A stretch of DNA of 64,000 nt, from NCBI GenBank assembly GCA_965208325.1, contig OZ242326.1, positions 3,424,001 to 3,488,000 on the forward strand, read 5' to 3'. Below are positions 28,412 through 37,780 of the stretch, piece after piece. Both the position numbers and the translations under genes were made by a program. Under the pieces are notes generated by a model that saw only the letters and a program-made list of their open reading frames with translations, made no database searches and was not told the DNA's origin. This DNA comes from Candidatus Poribacteria bacterium (GTDB taxonomy: Bacteria; Poribacteria; WGA-4E; PCPOR2b). Position 1 is the first letter of the stretch; each line of letters begins with the position of its first letter.

Positions 28412-30187
28412 ATGAACTTCAAAACTACGCTGATAATACTCCTAATATTCATCGTTTTTGGCGGGTTGTACCTGCTGTTTTTTCAGGACAAACCTGCTGA
28501 TGATTCGGACGCCGACCAACCGAAAATCGGCGACGCCTACGCACTGGCCAAAGACGACATCCGTCGAGTGCGCATCTCATTCAACGATACCGCCTATGCC
28601 CCGCTTTCACTTACAAAAGACGTTGACAGCGCTTGGCAGTTAACAGAACCAATTATCGCCGACGCACAGGGCGCAAAGATTAACGAGATGCTTAGCGACC
28701 TGCTAAACAAGAAAATCAAGCGCACCCTTGAAGTAGCCACACTGGCGGAGTACGAACTCGATCCGCCCAAGATACAGATTCAACTCTGGACGACAGGCGA
28801 ATCACCCGCAAAGACCTTTCTCATCGGCAAGAGGACAGTCAACTACTCCGTCTACGCAAAGGAGGGATCCGAGCCTCACATCTTCCTAATCGAATCGAGC
28901 GCGCTCGAAGATTTCACGAAATCGGCGTCAGATCTCCGGGATCGGTCGGCTTTAAAATTCGATCCGGAAGAAGTTACGGCGTTGACGGTGCGGGTCATGG
29001 GCGAGAGTGAGATTCGTTGCCATAAACGTGACACGAACCTCTGGCAGATGGACGAACCTGTGGAGACAGCGGCGGACGCTAAAGAGATCGAGTCAATCCT
29101 GTCGGCGCTGGACGCCTTGAAGGCCGTCGTCTTTGTGGAGGATGGCGCGGAGGATGTCACCCCGTATGGACTCGATACGCCGCGAATCCAAGTCCGCCTC
29201 GACCTATCAGACGGCGACACTCAGACGCTGCTAATCGGCGGCGACGATAAGGCAACCGGCCGCATCTACACAAAACGTGCGGACCTCGACGCAGTCTACG
29301 CTGTCAACAGCGAAATTTACGCCAATCTCAATAAGTCTGTTTTCGATCTCCGAAGCAAGCGCGTTATCGACTTCCAGCGAACCGCGGCAATCCGATTTGA
29401 GATTGAACGGCTGGGTCATGAAAAGATTGTTTGCGAGAAAAACAGCGATGGCGAATGGGAAATCATAGCGCCGGTTGTGTTGAAGGCGGATGCATCCGCA
29501 GTCGACGATCTGCTGTTCGGCGTCGATTCGCTCAAGGCAGTCGAATTTGCCGCCGATTTACCCAGAAGCCTTCAGCCGTATGGACTAGATGCCCCGTCAA
29601 TCAAAGTTTCATTCACAACCACGGACGAGGGTACAGCGGCTCTCCTAATCGGGAATTTAAAGGGTGAGACCGTCTACGTAAAATCTCAAAACGCCGAACC
29701 TGTCTACGGGATGAAGAAAAATCTCATTGACCTCGTTGGGGTAGGCGTTGCAGCGTTGCGCGACAAACAGATTCTCGACTTCGAAAGCGATTCCGCGGTT
29801 AAGCTGTCGCTTCGGCATGGCGACACCACCATAACCTGCCAGAAACAGGGGACGAACTGGCGGCTAATTCATCCGGTGCAGGAGGATGCAAAAAATGGAA
29901 CAGTCAACACTATCCTTTATCAGCTTGGCGAGTTGAAAGTCGAGGAGTTTTTAGCGGATATACCCGATGCAGCCAGAGCCGGATTGGATGCGCCGGCAAT
30001 TCAGGTCAACGTCACGTTGAAGGATGGAACCGAGCATGTGCTGCAAATCGGCAAACCTGCAGAATCCGAACACCTCCACGCCCGGTTGTGGCGTTCGCCG
30101 GACACAGTTTTTTTGCTCAAAGCGGAGGTTGCCGAAACGCTCAAGAAAACAGTGGAGGATTTCAGAGCGATCCCTGATGAGGCTTAA
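28412..30187 (+). CDS. DUF4340 domain protein
   Basis: N-terminal TM and repeated 'W....P....AD' / 'YGLD.P' modules. Confidence 0.8.
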   Translation: MNFKTTLIILLIFIVFGGLYLLFFQDKPADDSDADQPKIGDAYALAKDDIRRVRISFNDTAYAPLSLTKDVDSAWQLTEPIIADAQGAKINEMLSDLLNKKIKRTLEVATLAEYELDPPKIQIQLWTTGESPAKTFLIGKRTVNYSVYAKEGSEPHIFLIESSALEDFTKSASDLRDRSALKFDPEEVTALTVRVMGESEIRCHKRDTNLWQMDEPVETAADAKEIESILSALDALKAVVFVEDGAEDVTPYGLDTPRIQVRLDLSDGDTQTLLIGGDDKATGRIYTKRADLDAVYAVNSEIYANLNKSVFDLRSKRVIDFQRTAAIRFEIERLGHEKIVCEKNSDGEWEIIAPVVLKADASAVDDLLFGVDSLKAVEFAADLPRSLQPYGLDAPSIKVSFTTTDEGTAALLIGNLKGETVYVKSQNAEPVYGMKKNLIDLVGVGVAALRDKQILDFESDSAVKLSLRHGDTTITCQKQGTNWRLIHPVQEDAKNGTVNTILYQLGELKVEEFLADIPDAARAGLDAPAIQVNVTLKDGTEHVLQIGKPAESEHLHARLWRSPDTVFLLKAEVAETLKKTVEDFRAIPDEA

Positions 30188-30400
30188 CCCGATATTGGGT
30201 CGGTGCTTTCGGCTGGCGACAACCCATCGCTTCATGCATCTTTGGCGCAACGGAACCCGATATCGCCTTCAACCTCCGTTGCGCTGACCCGCTCGCGGTA
30301 CGAATCCCGCAACGGCGGCCCAAACCCCTCGCCGCCATCCACCTTCAAACCATTAGGCACAAATTACGGCACACGGAGTGTGCCTACTACTTTAAAAAAT

Positions 30401-30431
30401 AGAGGGGGTAGCTAAACTAGCAACCCCCTCT
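30401..30431 (-). terminator. Hairpin terminator downstream of tRNA-Leu
   Basis: agagggggtagcta-aac-tagcaaccccctct, followed by a T-run on the minus strand. Confidence 0.6.
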
Positions 30432-30443
30432 ACCGTTCCTTCA

Positions 30444-30526
30444 TGCCCCCGACTGGACTCGAACCAGCATGCCCGTTAAGGCACAGGCCCTCAACCTGCC
30501 GTGTATACCAATTCCACCACAGGGGC
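30444..30526 (-). tRNA. tRNA-Leu(GAG), CCA not encoded
   Basis: Cloverleaf with GCCCCTG/CGGGGGC acceptor stem, GCAGG-TTGAGGG-CCTGT anticodon arm, long variable arm, GGTTCGAGTCC. Confidence 0.95.
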
Positions 30527-30552
30527 GCATTGACTTGCAAACATCAAAAAAA

Positions 30553-30582
30553 ATTATATCATCGGCAATCTGGGAATGTCAA
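30553..30582 (-). promoter_or_regulatory. Sigma70 promoter for tRNA-Leu
   Basis: TTGACA-N18-TATAAT with extended TG. Confidence 0.7.
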
Positions 30583-30628
30583 GTAGAATCAATCGGCTGA
30601 CAAAGCGGAATTGAAGGCTGGGAAGGGT

Positions 30629-31114
30629 CTACTTTCTCCGCAGGAAGAGAAAGCTGTACGAGTACGGGTTGTTTTCATCAGGCTGACAGTCGACGCGCTT
30701 GTCCTCTTGCCAGTCTTCCAAATTAAACGCTGGAAAATAGGTGTTGCCTTCAAAGCAGTGATGTATCAGCGTCATATAGATACGTTCTGCCCGCGGCAAG
30801 AACTGCGCGTAGATTGGTGCGCCGCCGCATATCATCACCTCTTCGTGTGTCTTGACGACGTTCAAAGCCTCTTCGACGGAATTCACCACGACGCAGCCTT
30901 CCGCCCGATAACCGCGGTTGCGCGTCAACACAATATTGATACGGTTCTTTAGCGGTTCCCCAACGGTTTCATAAGTCCTACGCCCCATCACCACAGGCTT
31001 GCGCAAGGTCATTCGGAAGAAATGTTTCAAATCGGCGGGCAGATTCCAAGGCAGCCCTTCGCCCGTGCCAATCAGGCGGTTTTTATCCATTGCTGTGATG
31101 ATGGAGATAATCAT
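30629..31114 (-). CDS. folA: Dihydrofolate reductase
   Basis: LPWNLPADLKHF, MGRRTYE, NRINIVLTR, GGAPIY. Confidence 0.95.
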   Translation of the reverse strand: MIISIITAMDKNRLIGTGEGLPWNLPADLKHFFRMTLRKPVVMGRRTYETVGEPLKNRINIVLTRNRGYRAEGCVVVNSVEEALNVVKTHEEVMICGGAPIYAQFLPRAERIYMTLIHHCFEGNTYFPAFNLEDWQEDKRVDCQPDENNPYSYSFLFLRRK

Positions 31115-31126
31115 CGGCGCGCCCCT

Positions 31127-31948
31127 TCACACCACCATCGGCGCTTTTATAACGCCGTGAGCTTTATAATTGCGCAGCTCGATATCCTGCATCTTGAAGT
31201 CGTCAATCGAAGTTATCGTCGGGTTCAGGTAGAGTTCCGGCAGTTGGTGCGGTTGGCGTCCCAACTGCATCTCTACCTGTTCGAAATGGAGGTGGTAGAT
31301 GTGGGCATCGCCCAAAGTGTGGATGAACTCGCCCGGCGCCAGGTCCGTTATTTGTGCGACCATGTGCAGCAGCAAGGCGTATGAGGCGATATTGAACGGC
31401 ACACCAAGAAACATATCACAGCTCCGCTGATACAACTGCAGCGACAATTTTCCGTCAGCCACGAAGAACTGGAAAAGTGTGTGGCAGGGTTCAAGAGCCA
31501 TCTGATCCAATTCCCCCGGATTCCAAGCCGACACCACATGGCGGCGGCTGTAGGGTTGAGATTTAATGCCTTCGATAACATTGGAAAGCTGGTCTATGGA
31601 TTGCCCGTCGCCAGTTTTCCAAGACCGCCACTGCACACCGTAAATTCGCCCGAGATCGCCTTCAAAACGCGCCTTGGGTTTCCAATAATCCGCATCGGCA
31701 TTTGCGTCCCAGATGCGGCAACCTAGCTTCTGGAAATCTTTTACATCGGAGTAGCCTCTCAAGAAGCCCAGCAGTTCTGCCTTCACGCCGGTTTTGAACG
31801 CAAGTTTTTTGGTCGTGACGGCTGGAAAACCGTCCGCCATATCGTATCGCATCTGCATGCCGAACAGTGCGCGTGAGAGGCCGTTGCGGCCGTCGCGATC
31901 CACGCCGTTATCCATAATCTGTTTCAGCGCATCTAAATACTGCTTCAT
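31127..31948 (-). CDS. thyA: Thymidylate synthase
   Basis: MKQYLD, YGVQWR, ALEPCH, QRSCDMFLGVPFNIASY. Confidence 0.97.
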   Translation of the reverse strand: MKQYLDALKQIMDNGVDRDGRNGLSRALFGMQMRYDMADGFPAVTTKKLAFKTGVKAELLGFLRGYSDVKDFQKLGCRIWDANADADYWKPKARFEGDLGRIYGVQWRSWKTGDGQSIDQLSNVIEGIKSQPYSRRHVVSAWNPGELDQMALEPCHTLFQFFVADGKLSLQLYQRSCDMFLGVPFNIASYALLLHMVAQITDLAPGEFIHTLGDAHIYHLHFEQVEMQLGRQPHQLPELYLNPTITSIDDFKMQDIELRNYKAHGVIKAPMVV

Positions 31949-31986
31949 CGTCTCCCGTTCGTGTGTGCGTGGGTTTGAAAATTACG

Positions 31987-32430
31987 CTACGAACTGCTCG
32001 CTTCATCGGTGCTACCAAATCCCCCGCGCGTCTTCGAGTGGGTCTCCGACACTTCCATCCAATCTGCCTGATCGACCCGGACGAAAATCGCCTGCGCAAT
32101 CCTATCGCCGCGCTGTATCGTTACCGTCTGCTCCGAAAAATTGTAAATTTGAATCTTTACCTCATCGTCTTCGCCGCAGTAATCCTGATCGATGACGCCA
32201 ACCCCGTGCGGGATGAGCAACCCGCGTTTGCGAGGCGTGCTGCTGCGCAACGTCACCATCAACATATACCCCGGCGGGGTTTCAACGATGACATTCGCGG
32301 GTACTAGCCCCAATGTGCGCGGTTTAATCGCCACCGATTCTCGGCATACCAAATCAAAGCCGACGGAACCGGCGGTTGCATATTGCGGTAGCGGCAGGTT
32401 CTTGTCCAGCCGTTTGATTTTAACTTTCAT
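31987..32430 (-). CDS. dut: dUTP diphosphatase
   Basis: GSVGFDL, RSS, GVIDQDY, GDRIAQ, RGGFGST. Confidence 0.93.
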   Translation of the reverse strand: MKVKIKRLDKNLPLPQYATAGSVGFDLVCRESVAIKPRTLGLVPANVIVETPPGYMLMVTLRSSTPRKRGLLIPHGVGVIDQDYCGEDDEVKIQIYNFSEQTVTIQRGDRIAQAIFVRVDQADWMEVSETHSKTRGGFGSTDEASSS

Positions 32431-32486
32431 CAAATACCCATGAATCAAAGGTCGCCGCTAACGGGAATGAACCCAATTTATTGATG

Positions 32487-33276
32487 AGAAACCGAGTTTT
32501 TTTCTTCAAAACTCGGTTTCTTCTTAATACGTTAAGGCACGGGAATTCCGGCTACCTTGCACTCCACGCGATAAATTGAAGTAGACGCCGTGATGAAAAG
32601 CGATTTCCAATCACCGCCGCCCCAAGCCAGATTGGCTGTGCCGATGCAAAACCGAGTTTTTTCTTCAAAACTCGGTTTCTTCTTAATACGTTAAGGCACT
32701 TGAATTCCCGAAACCTTGCACTCCACGCGATAAATTGAAGTAGACGCGGTAATGAAAAGCGATTTCCAATCCCCGCCGCCCCAAGCCAGATTGGCTGTGC
32801 CGATGAGAAACCGAGTTTTTTCTTCAAAACTCGGTTTCTTTGATGTGCGTTAAGGCACCGGAATTCCGGATACCTTGCACTCGACGCGATAAATTGAAGT
32901 GGACGCTGTGATGAAAAGCGATTTCCAATCCCCGCCGCCCCAAGCCAGATTGGCTGTGCCGATGAGAAACCGAGTTTTTTCTTCAAAACTCGGTTTCTTT
33001 GATGTGCGTTAAGGCACCGGAATTCCGGATACCTTGCACTCGACGCGATAAATTGAAGTGGACGCTGTGATGAAAAGCGATTTCCAATCCCCGCCGCCCC
33101 AAGCCAGATTGGCTGTGCCGATGCAAAACCGAGTTTTTTCTTCAAAACTCGGTTTCTTCTTAATACGTTAAGGCACTTGAATTCCCGATACCTTGCACTC
33201 CACGCGATAAATTGAAGTAGACGCTGTAATGAAAAGCGATTTCCAATCACGCCCGCCCCAAGCCAGATTGGCTGTA
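32487..33276. repeat. 159-bp tandem array: REP-like hairpin + copy of the gluconolactonase 3' end (4 extra copies)
   Basis: Stop-codon TTA at 32532, 32691, 32850, 33009 and 33168; each unit carries GAAACCGAGTTTTTTCTTCAAAACTCGGTTTC. Confidence 0.95.
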
Positions 33277-34052
33277 ATTTCCGGTATTTTTATGATGCCG
33301 AGGTGTTTACCCGATGCATCGAAAATCCAAACTCCGCCAGGCCCCGTCGCATAAAGGTTGCCCCGCACGTCAACCTTCATTCCGTCCGGCACACCATTTT
33401 CTCCAGATTCCTCGGCGAAAACTCGGCCGTTTCCAAGCGTGCCGTCGGGTTGAAGGTCAAAAGCGCGAATGTGCATTCGGGCGGTATCATCAACGTATAG
33501 AATCGATTCGTCCGGCGAGAAGCAAAGTCCGTTAGGGCGGTCAAAATCATCGGCGAGAAGCGTCAGAGTCCGGCAATCAGCGGACAGCCGATAGACGCCT
33601 TGGAAGCCGAGTTCTTGCCCTTTGGTTTCCCCATCATCATCCATGATGCCGTAAGGCGGGTCGGTAAAGTAGATGCTCCCATCCGATTTCACAACCACAT
33701 CGTTCGGGCTGTTCAACCGCTTTCCGTTATAGTGCGCGGCGATTGAGATGATTGTCCCATCGGCTTCCGTTCGTGAGACACGGCGGTTCCCATGTTCGCA
33801 TGCAATCAGCCGCCCCTGTTTATCATAAGTCAAACCGTTCGAGCTTCCCGATGGAGATCGGAAGTTTGTGATTCCGGAATCGGGGCTCCACCGTTTTATC
33901 TGATTTGCGGGAATGTCACTGAACAGCAGATACCCCGCCCCGGCGTTCCAGAGCGGTCCCTCGGTAAACTGGCACCCTGATCCAAGCCGCTCGGCCTGCG
34001 CGTCAGCGTCGACCAAATCCAACAGTTCCGGAGATCGAACTTCAATGCTCAA
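33168..34052 (-). CDS. SMP-30/gluconolactonase/LRE family protein
   Basis: FTEGPLW, SNGL, LNSPND, FTDPPYG, PNGL, PDGM; TTG start after AGGAG. Confidence 0.92.
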   Translation of the reverse strand: MSIEVRSPELLDLVDADAQAERLGSGCQFTEGPLWNAGAGYLLFSDIPANQIKRWSPDSGITNFRSPSGSSNGLTYDKQGRLIACEHGNRRVSRTEADGTIISIAAHYNGKRLNSPNDVVVKSDGSIYFTDPPYGIMDDDGETKGQELGFQGVYRLSADCRTLTLLADDFDRPNGLCFSPDESILYVDDTARMHIRAFDLQPDGTLGNGRVFAEESGENGVPDGMKVDVRGNLYATGPGGVWIFDASGKHLGIIKIPEITANLAWGGRDWKSLFITASTSIYRVECKVSGIQVP

Positions 34053-34071
34053 TACAATACTCCTATATCGG

Positions 34072-34192
34072 TAGGACCTACGCAATTAGTTCAAAAGTCC
34101 CCCTGATAAGGGGGATTTAGGGGGTTAAAACACTGAAGTAACGACTTTTAAGTCCAATATTTCCTTTTTCTGCTCTATTCTCGTAAGCCCTA
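34072..34192. mobile_element. ~120-bp MITE-like element, copy 1
   Basis: Ends TAGGACCTACGCA...CGTAAGCCCTA; internal CCCCCTGATAAGGGGGATTTAGGGGG; near-identical copy at 36465. Confidence 0.75.
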
Positions 34193-34314
34193 ATCAAGAA
34201 GCGTGACATTGCCCTGCCACCTTCGCCATAAAGTTAGCACACCCCAAAAAAATTTACAAGCCGAAACTTGACGGATTGGTGCGCCTATAACGGCGCAAAC
34301 TCCACAACAAATTA

Positions 34315-34343
34315 TTGACAGAATTTTTATATAAGGGTATAAT
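34315..34343 (+). promoter_or_regulatory. Perfect-consensus sigma70 promoter
   Basis: TTGACA-gaatttttatataaggg(17)-TATAAT. Confidence 0.75.
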
Positions 34344-34416
34344 GGTTTTGATTTTTGAATCGGCGGGTCAATCCATACGTATGTAGACCGCAAGGCGGAG
34401 GTGTATTGAGGAAGGC

Positions 34417-34493
<77 letters not shown>

Positions 34494-34508
34494 ACGCTAA
34501 GAGATTCT

Positions 34509-34537
34509 ATGATATAATATCCCCTGAAAATTGTCAA
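34509..34537 (-). promoter_or_regulatory. Sigma70 promoter for tRNA-Arg
   Basis: TTGACA-N17-TATCAT. Confidence 0.7.
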
Positions 34538-34616
34538 GTGAATTTCTCGCAAATCGAGCATCATCCCCAACCTGCAGGCTAGTAAATGGCCGTCTAAATG
34601 TGAGGAGGAATGTAAA

Positions 34617-35735
34617 ATGCGCCGAACTGTCCAACGCCTGTTCATCTCGATTATCGTTGCTTTATTCTTGTTCAGTCTAAACGCCGAAGTCTTTTCGAAG
34701 GGCGGCGGAGGGTTCGGCCGATCGTTCGGCAGAAGCTACAGCAGCCGCAGTTCTAGTAAATCCTACAATCGCTCGGCATCACGTACGTCCACCAGCCGTT
34801 CATGGTGGGGCGGCTCGCGGGCATCTACTTCCACAAGCCGAAGAGCCGCTGCACCTGCCGGTCAGCGCAGCGCGGGCAAGAGTTACGGTCAAAGCACAAG
34901 TAGTCGGCGTTCAAGCAACACTGCGACGCGGCAAAGCAGCGCGGTACGCCAAAAACAGAGCGCTATGAGCGGTGCGAGAACTTCATCCGCTGTCTCAACG
35001 AGAAACATGACCAGCGGCCAGAAACGCTCACTGCGAGGCCAACGCCGCACAGAAGCGCGAAACCTCAAAGCAGAAAACCGCAGCCTCAAACGCCAAAACA
35101 GGCAGGCACGCCGGGAAACTGCCCGCGAACGCCGCCGAGCCGCTGAAGCCGCTTCGCCCATCACAGTCAACAATTTCGGCGGCTTTTACCCGCTTGGAGG
35201 CTATACTACCTTCGGTCTTGCTGCAAGCATGATGTACGGGAATATGATGGCCGGTATCTATTTCCACGACCACTATAACCATATGATGCACCGCAGCTGG
35301 CTATGGCACTATCATCACCAGGACTATGACCGCTCGCACTGGTCGAAGGACAAGCAAGGGGAGTACGAGAAATGGCGCGCCTATTACGACAGCCAAGGTG
35401 TTGAAAAGAACCCGAATTATGTCGATCCGGGCACCAGCCGCGATGAAGACTACACCGAAGCGTATGTCGAGAAAAATAGCGGCCAGTTTTACGGTCCTAA
35501 TGCCGCAGAAGCTGTGACCGTCGAAGAGCTTCCCGACGAAAAGGAACTCCGTGAAACAGTCTTGGCGGGCGGCGCTGAAGCTGCCGTTCAGTCACAACCG
35601 CAGCGGGTCACGGTCGAAAGAAAGGTCGTCGTTCAGAAAAAGACATCCGGCGGCGCTTGGTTCCTCATGGTATTCGGCAGCCTGATCGTCGTCGGCATCG
35701 TAGTTTTGGTGTTGTATAACAGGGGGTACTTCTAG
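34617..35735 (+). CDS. Secreted/membrane-anchored Arg/Ser/Gly-rich hypothetical protein
   Basis: GAGGAG RBS, signal peptide, low-complexity basic region, C-terminal TM. Confidence 0.8.
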   Translation: MRRTVQRLFISIIVALFLFSLNAEVFSKGGGGFGRSFGRSYSSRSSSKSYNRSASRTSTSRSWWGGSRASTSTSRRAAAPAGQRSAGKSYGQSTSSRRSSNTATRQSSAVRQKQSAMSGARTSSAVSTRNMTSGQKRSLRGQRRTEARNLKAENRSLKRQNRQARRETARERRRAAEAASPITVNNFGGFYPLGGYTTFGLAASMMYGNMMAGIYFHDHYNHMMHRSWLWHYHHQDYDRSHWSKDKQGEYEKWRAYYDSQGVEKNPNYVDPGTSRDEDYTEAYVEKNSGQFYGPNAAEAVTVEELPDEKELRETVLAGGAEAAVQSQPQRVTVERKVVVQKKTSGGAWFLMVFGSLIVVGIVVLVLYNRGYF

Positions 35736-35757
35736 GTTCAGATAGGGGTGAAGGCAC

Positions 35758-36462
35758 ATGGGGTTATTTGCGCGTAAACGCAAAGCTCAACAACCGAATC
35801 GGCACGAGTTGGTAGAAATTCCTATCGGCAGTATGATTGAACTCACCGATCCAACCACCTTTGAAACCAGCGACACGCCGTCACGTACGTTTGAACTCAT
35901 AGAGCGCAAGAAGTATGAAGGCGAAGGGCTCATGCGCTATATGTATACGATTAAAGACGGGGACGAGGTCGTGATTTTAGGCGTTGACCAAATCGGGGGC
36001 ACCGATGAGTTTGAAGTCACGCGATGGATAATTGACAGTGAAGAGCAGATTGATAACGGCGGCGGCAGCCCTGAAGACGAGGATGATGACGAGGACGAAT
36101 ATTACTTCGACGACGATGACTACGACGATGCGGATATTATCATAGATGAAGGCGGCGGCGATTCTGAATCAAGCGCCGATCTGCCGGATAGCATCACACT
36201 CCACTACACCGACCCCGACGACGAAGATTTGGAGTTTTCGGTCGAGTACCTTCGCCAAGTGGTCACGCCGGCAAACATGACCGTCGCCAACCTGAAAACG
36301 TTAGAAGAGTACGATGTCGAACTACACGATTATAACGCCGAAGAGGGGGGATTGATGAGTGTTGAGCACTGCGGCAATTGGTTGACCTTCTATGTCGGCG
36401 AGTTAATCTCCCAATCCGATGTAAATGTCTATCCTGCCGAGGAGGAGGCAGAATATATATAA
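35758..36462 (+). CDS. Acidic hypothetical protein (possibly DUF4178-like)
   Basis: MGLF start, 'IGSMIEL', 'LMSVE.....LTFYVGE.I..SDV.V'; adjacent to a DUF350 gene. Confidence 0.6.
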   Translation: MGLFARKRKAQQPNRHELVEIPIGSMIELTDPTTFETSDTPSRTFELIERKKYEGEGLMRYMYTIKDGDEVVILGVDQIGGTDEFEVTRWIIDSEEQIDNGGGSPEDEDDDEDEYYFDDDDYDDADIIIDEGGGDSESSADLPDSITLHYTDPDDEDLEFSVEYLRQVVTPANMTVANLKTLEEYDVELHDYNAEEGGLMSVEHCGNWLTFYVGELISQSDVNVYPAEEEAEYI

Positions 36463-36464
36463 AT

Positions 36465-36587
36465 TAAGACTTTCGCAGTGAGTTCAAAAGTCCCCCTGAT
36501 AAGGGGGATTTAGGGGGTTAAAAGCACTGAATTAGCGACTTTTTAAGCCCAATATTTCCTTTTTCTGCTCAATTTGCGTAAGTCCTA
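36465..36587. mobile_element. ~120-bp MITE-like element, copy 2
   Basis: TAAGACTTTCGCA...TGCGTAAGTCCTA; same interior as 34072-34192. Confidence 0.75.
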
Positions 36588-36678
36588 CAATTTGTTAACC
36601 CCAATAACGAAGTAACATGTCCGCGAACCCGCAATTTTAGTCACAAACATCACCTTCAACGAAGGAGGAATTTAGCAA

Positions 36679-37023
36679 ATGGCAAAAAAAATCGTTATTC
36701 TCAGTTTCTGTGTCGCAATCGCTTTTATCCTCGCTGCGTCGTTCCTATCGACGACGGTTGACGCTCAAGGTGAAACATCTGAAGCGGTAGACAGCGGGGC
36801 ATTTATCGACTTCAAACACCTCGCGCTGCTCATCGTTGAGAGCGTCATTTTCAGCATTGTCGGTATGATAGTCTTGGTGATTGGATATAAAATCTTCGAC
36901 GCCGTCACACCGTACGATCTGAACCACGAGATTGCCGAGGATGATAATGCCGCGGCTGGAATTTCTATCGCAGGGCTGCTCATTGCTCTGGGACTGATTG
37001 TGGCAGCGGCGATATCAGGCTAA
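36679..37023 (+). CDS. DUF350 family membrane protein
   Basis: 'IFDAVTPYDLNHEIAEDDNAAAGI...IVAAAI'. Confidence 0.85.
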   Translation: MAKKIVILSFCVAIAFILAASFLSTTVDAQGETSEAVDSGAFIDFKHLALLIVESVIFSIVGMIVLVIGYKIFDAVTPYDLNHEIAEDDNAAAGISIAGLLIALGLIVAAAISG

Positions 37024-37125
37024 TTGGTCAGCAGCCAAACAATCCGTTATTAGGCTGGCTAGCAGTAGATATGAGGGGCAATCTGCGCACTCGCGCGGAT
37101 TGCCTCTTTTCAATTGTGTCAATGC

Positions 37126-37395
37126 AGGTTGGGTTAAGCGATCAACTGAGCCAATAGCGAGTGCGATAAAGATTTTCAGGTCTATACAATGCAGGTTCTC
37201 CACGCACCAAAGCGCCAGCGGCGCGATAGGTATATAGCACGCGGAGGCACCATATAACCAAGCCCCGGCGCGGGATCAAGCGAACGAATAGTGAGCGCGA
37301 TTGTTTTAGTATTTGTAGGTTGGGTTAAGCGATCAATCGACCGAATAGGGGGTGCGATAGTCTTCAACAGTCTTCCCCGAACCCAACGCTTTTTG
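37126..37395. repeat. Composite REP-like cluster (gene-less copy of the leader used in the 39-kb cassettes)
   Basis: GGTTGGGTTAAGCGATCAA..., 'cacgcaccaaagcgccagcggcgcga', and three 35-nt motif arms. Confidence 0.75.
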
Positions 37396-37504
37396 GTAAT
37401 TGCGGATGTGTTTCGTGGCACGGAGGCGGTGCCGGTTTCGGAGTTGTCCCCCTGTTTGATTCAATTAATATGTGTAATTCTTAGCCGCATTGACTTAGAA
37501 ACCC

Positions 37505-37780
37505 ATGCTATTTCCTATCATTTTCTTCATCTTAATCCCCCTCGTCGTCTGGATTGTCTTGCACACGGTTTCCAAACGGCGGGAAACGCAAGACCCAACC
37601 GAGCAAATCGCCATGGAGGAATGCGCGCTCTGCCACGAGGAATTCCCCGTGGACGAACTGATGGAAAAAGAGGTCGGCGGATACAGCAGAGTCTACTGTT
37701 TCTGCGGCGGCTGTATCGAGGGACTTTACCGCGAATATCAGGCAAAAAAAGAAGCATCAATAGACGAATCGGGAAACTGA
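37505..37780 (+). CDS. Small TM + Zn-finger-like hypothetical protein
   Basis: N-terminal TM; CALC...CGGC. Confidence 0.7.
   Translation: MLFPIIFFILIPLVVWIVLHTVSKRRETQDPTEQIAMEECALCHEEFPVDELMEKEVGGYSRVYCFCGGCIEGLYREYQAKKEASIDESGN

Noticed and set aside
25941..30187. Gliding motility
   Set aside because: GldF/G-like ABC components are widespread, and no motor genes are present here.
32552..33250. 232-aa repetitive ORF
   Set aside because: By-product of the 159-bp period. Substitutions are synonymous in the gluconolactonase frame, not in this one.
32487..33276. CRISPR array or diversity-generating retroelement
   Set aside because: The inter-hairpin segments are near-identical gene copies rather than unique spacers. 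Variation is not adenine-specific, and no cas or RT gene is present.
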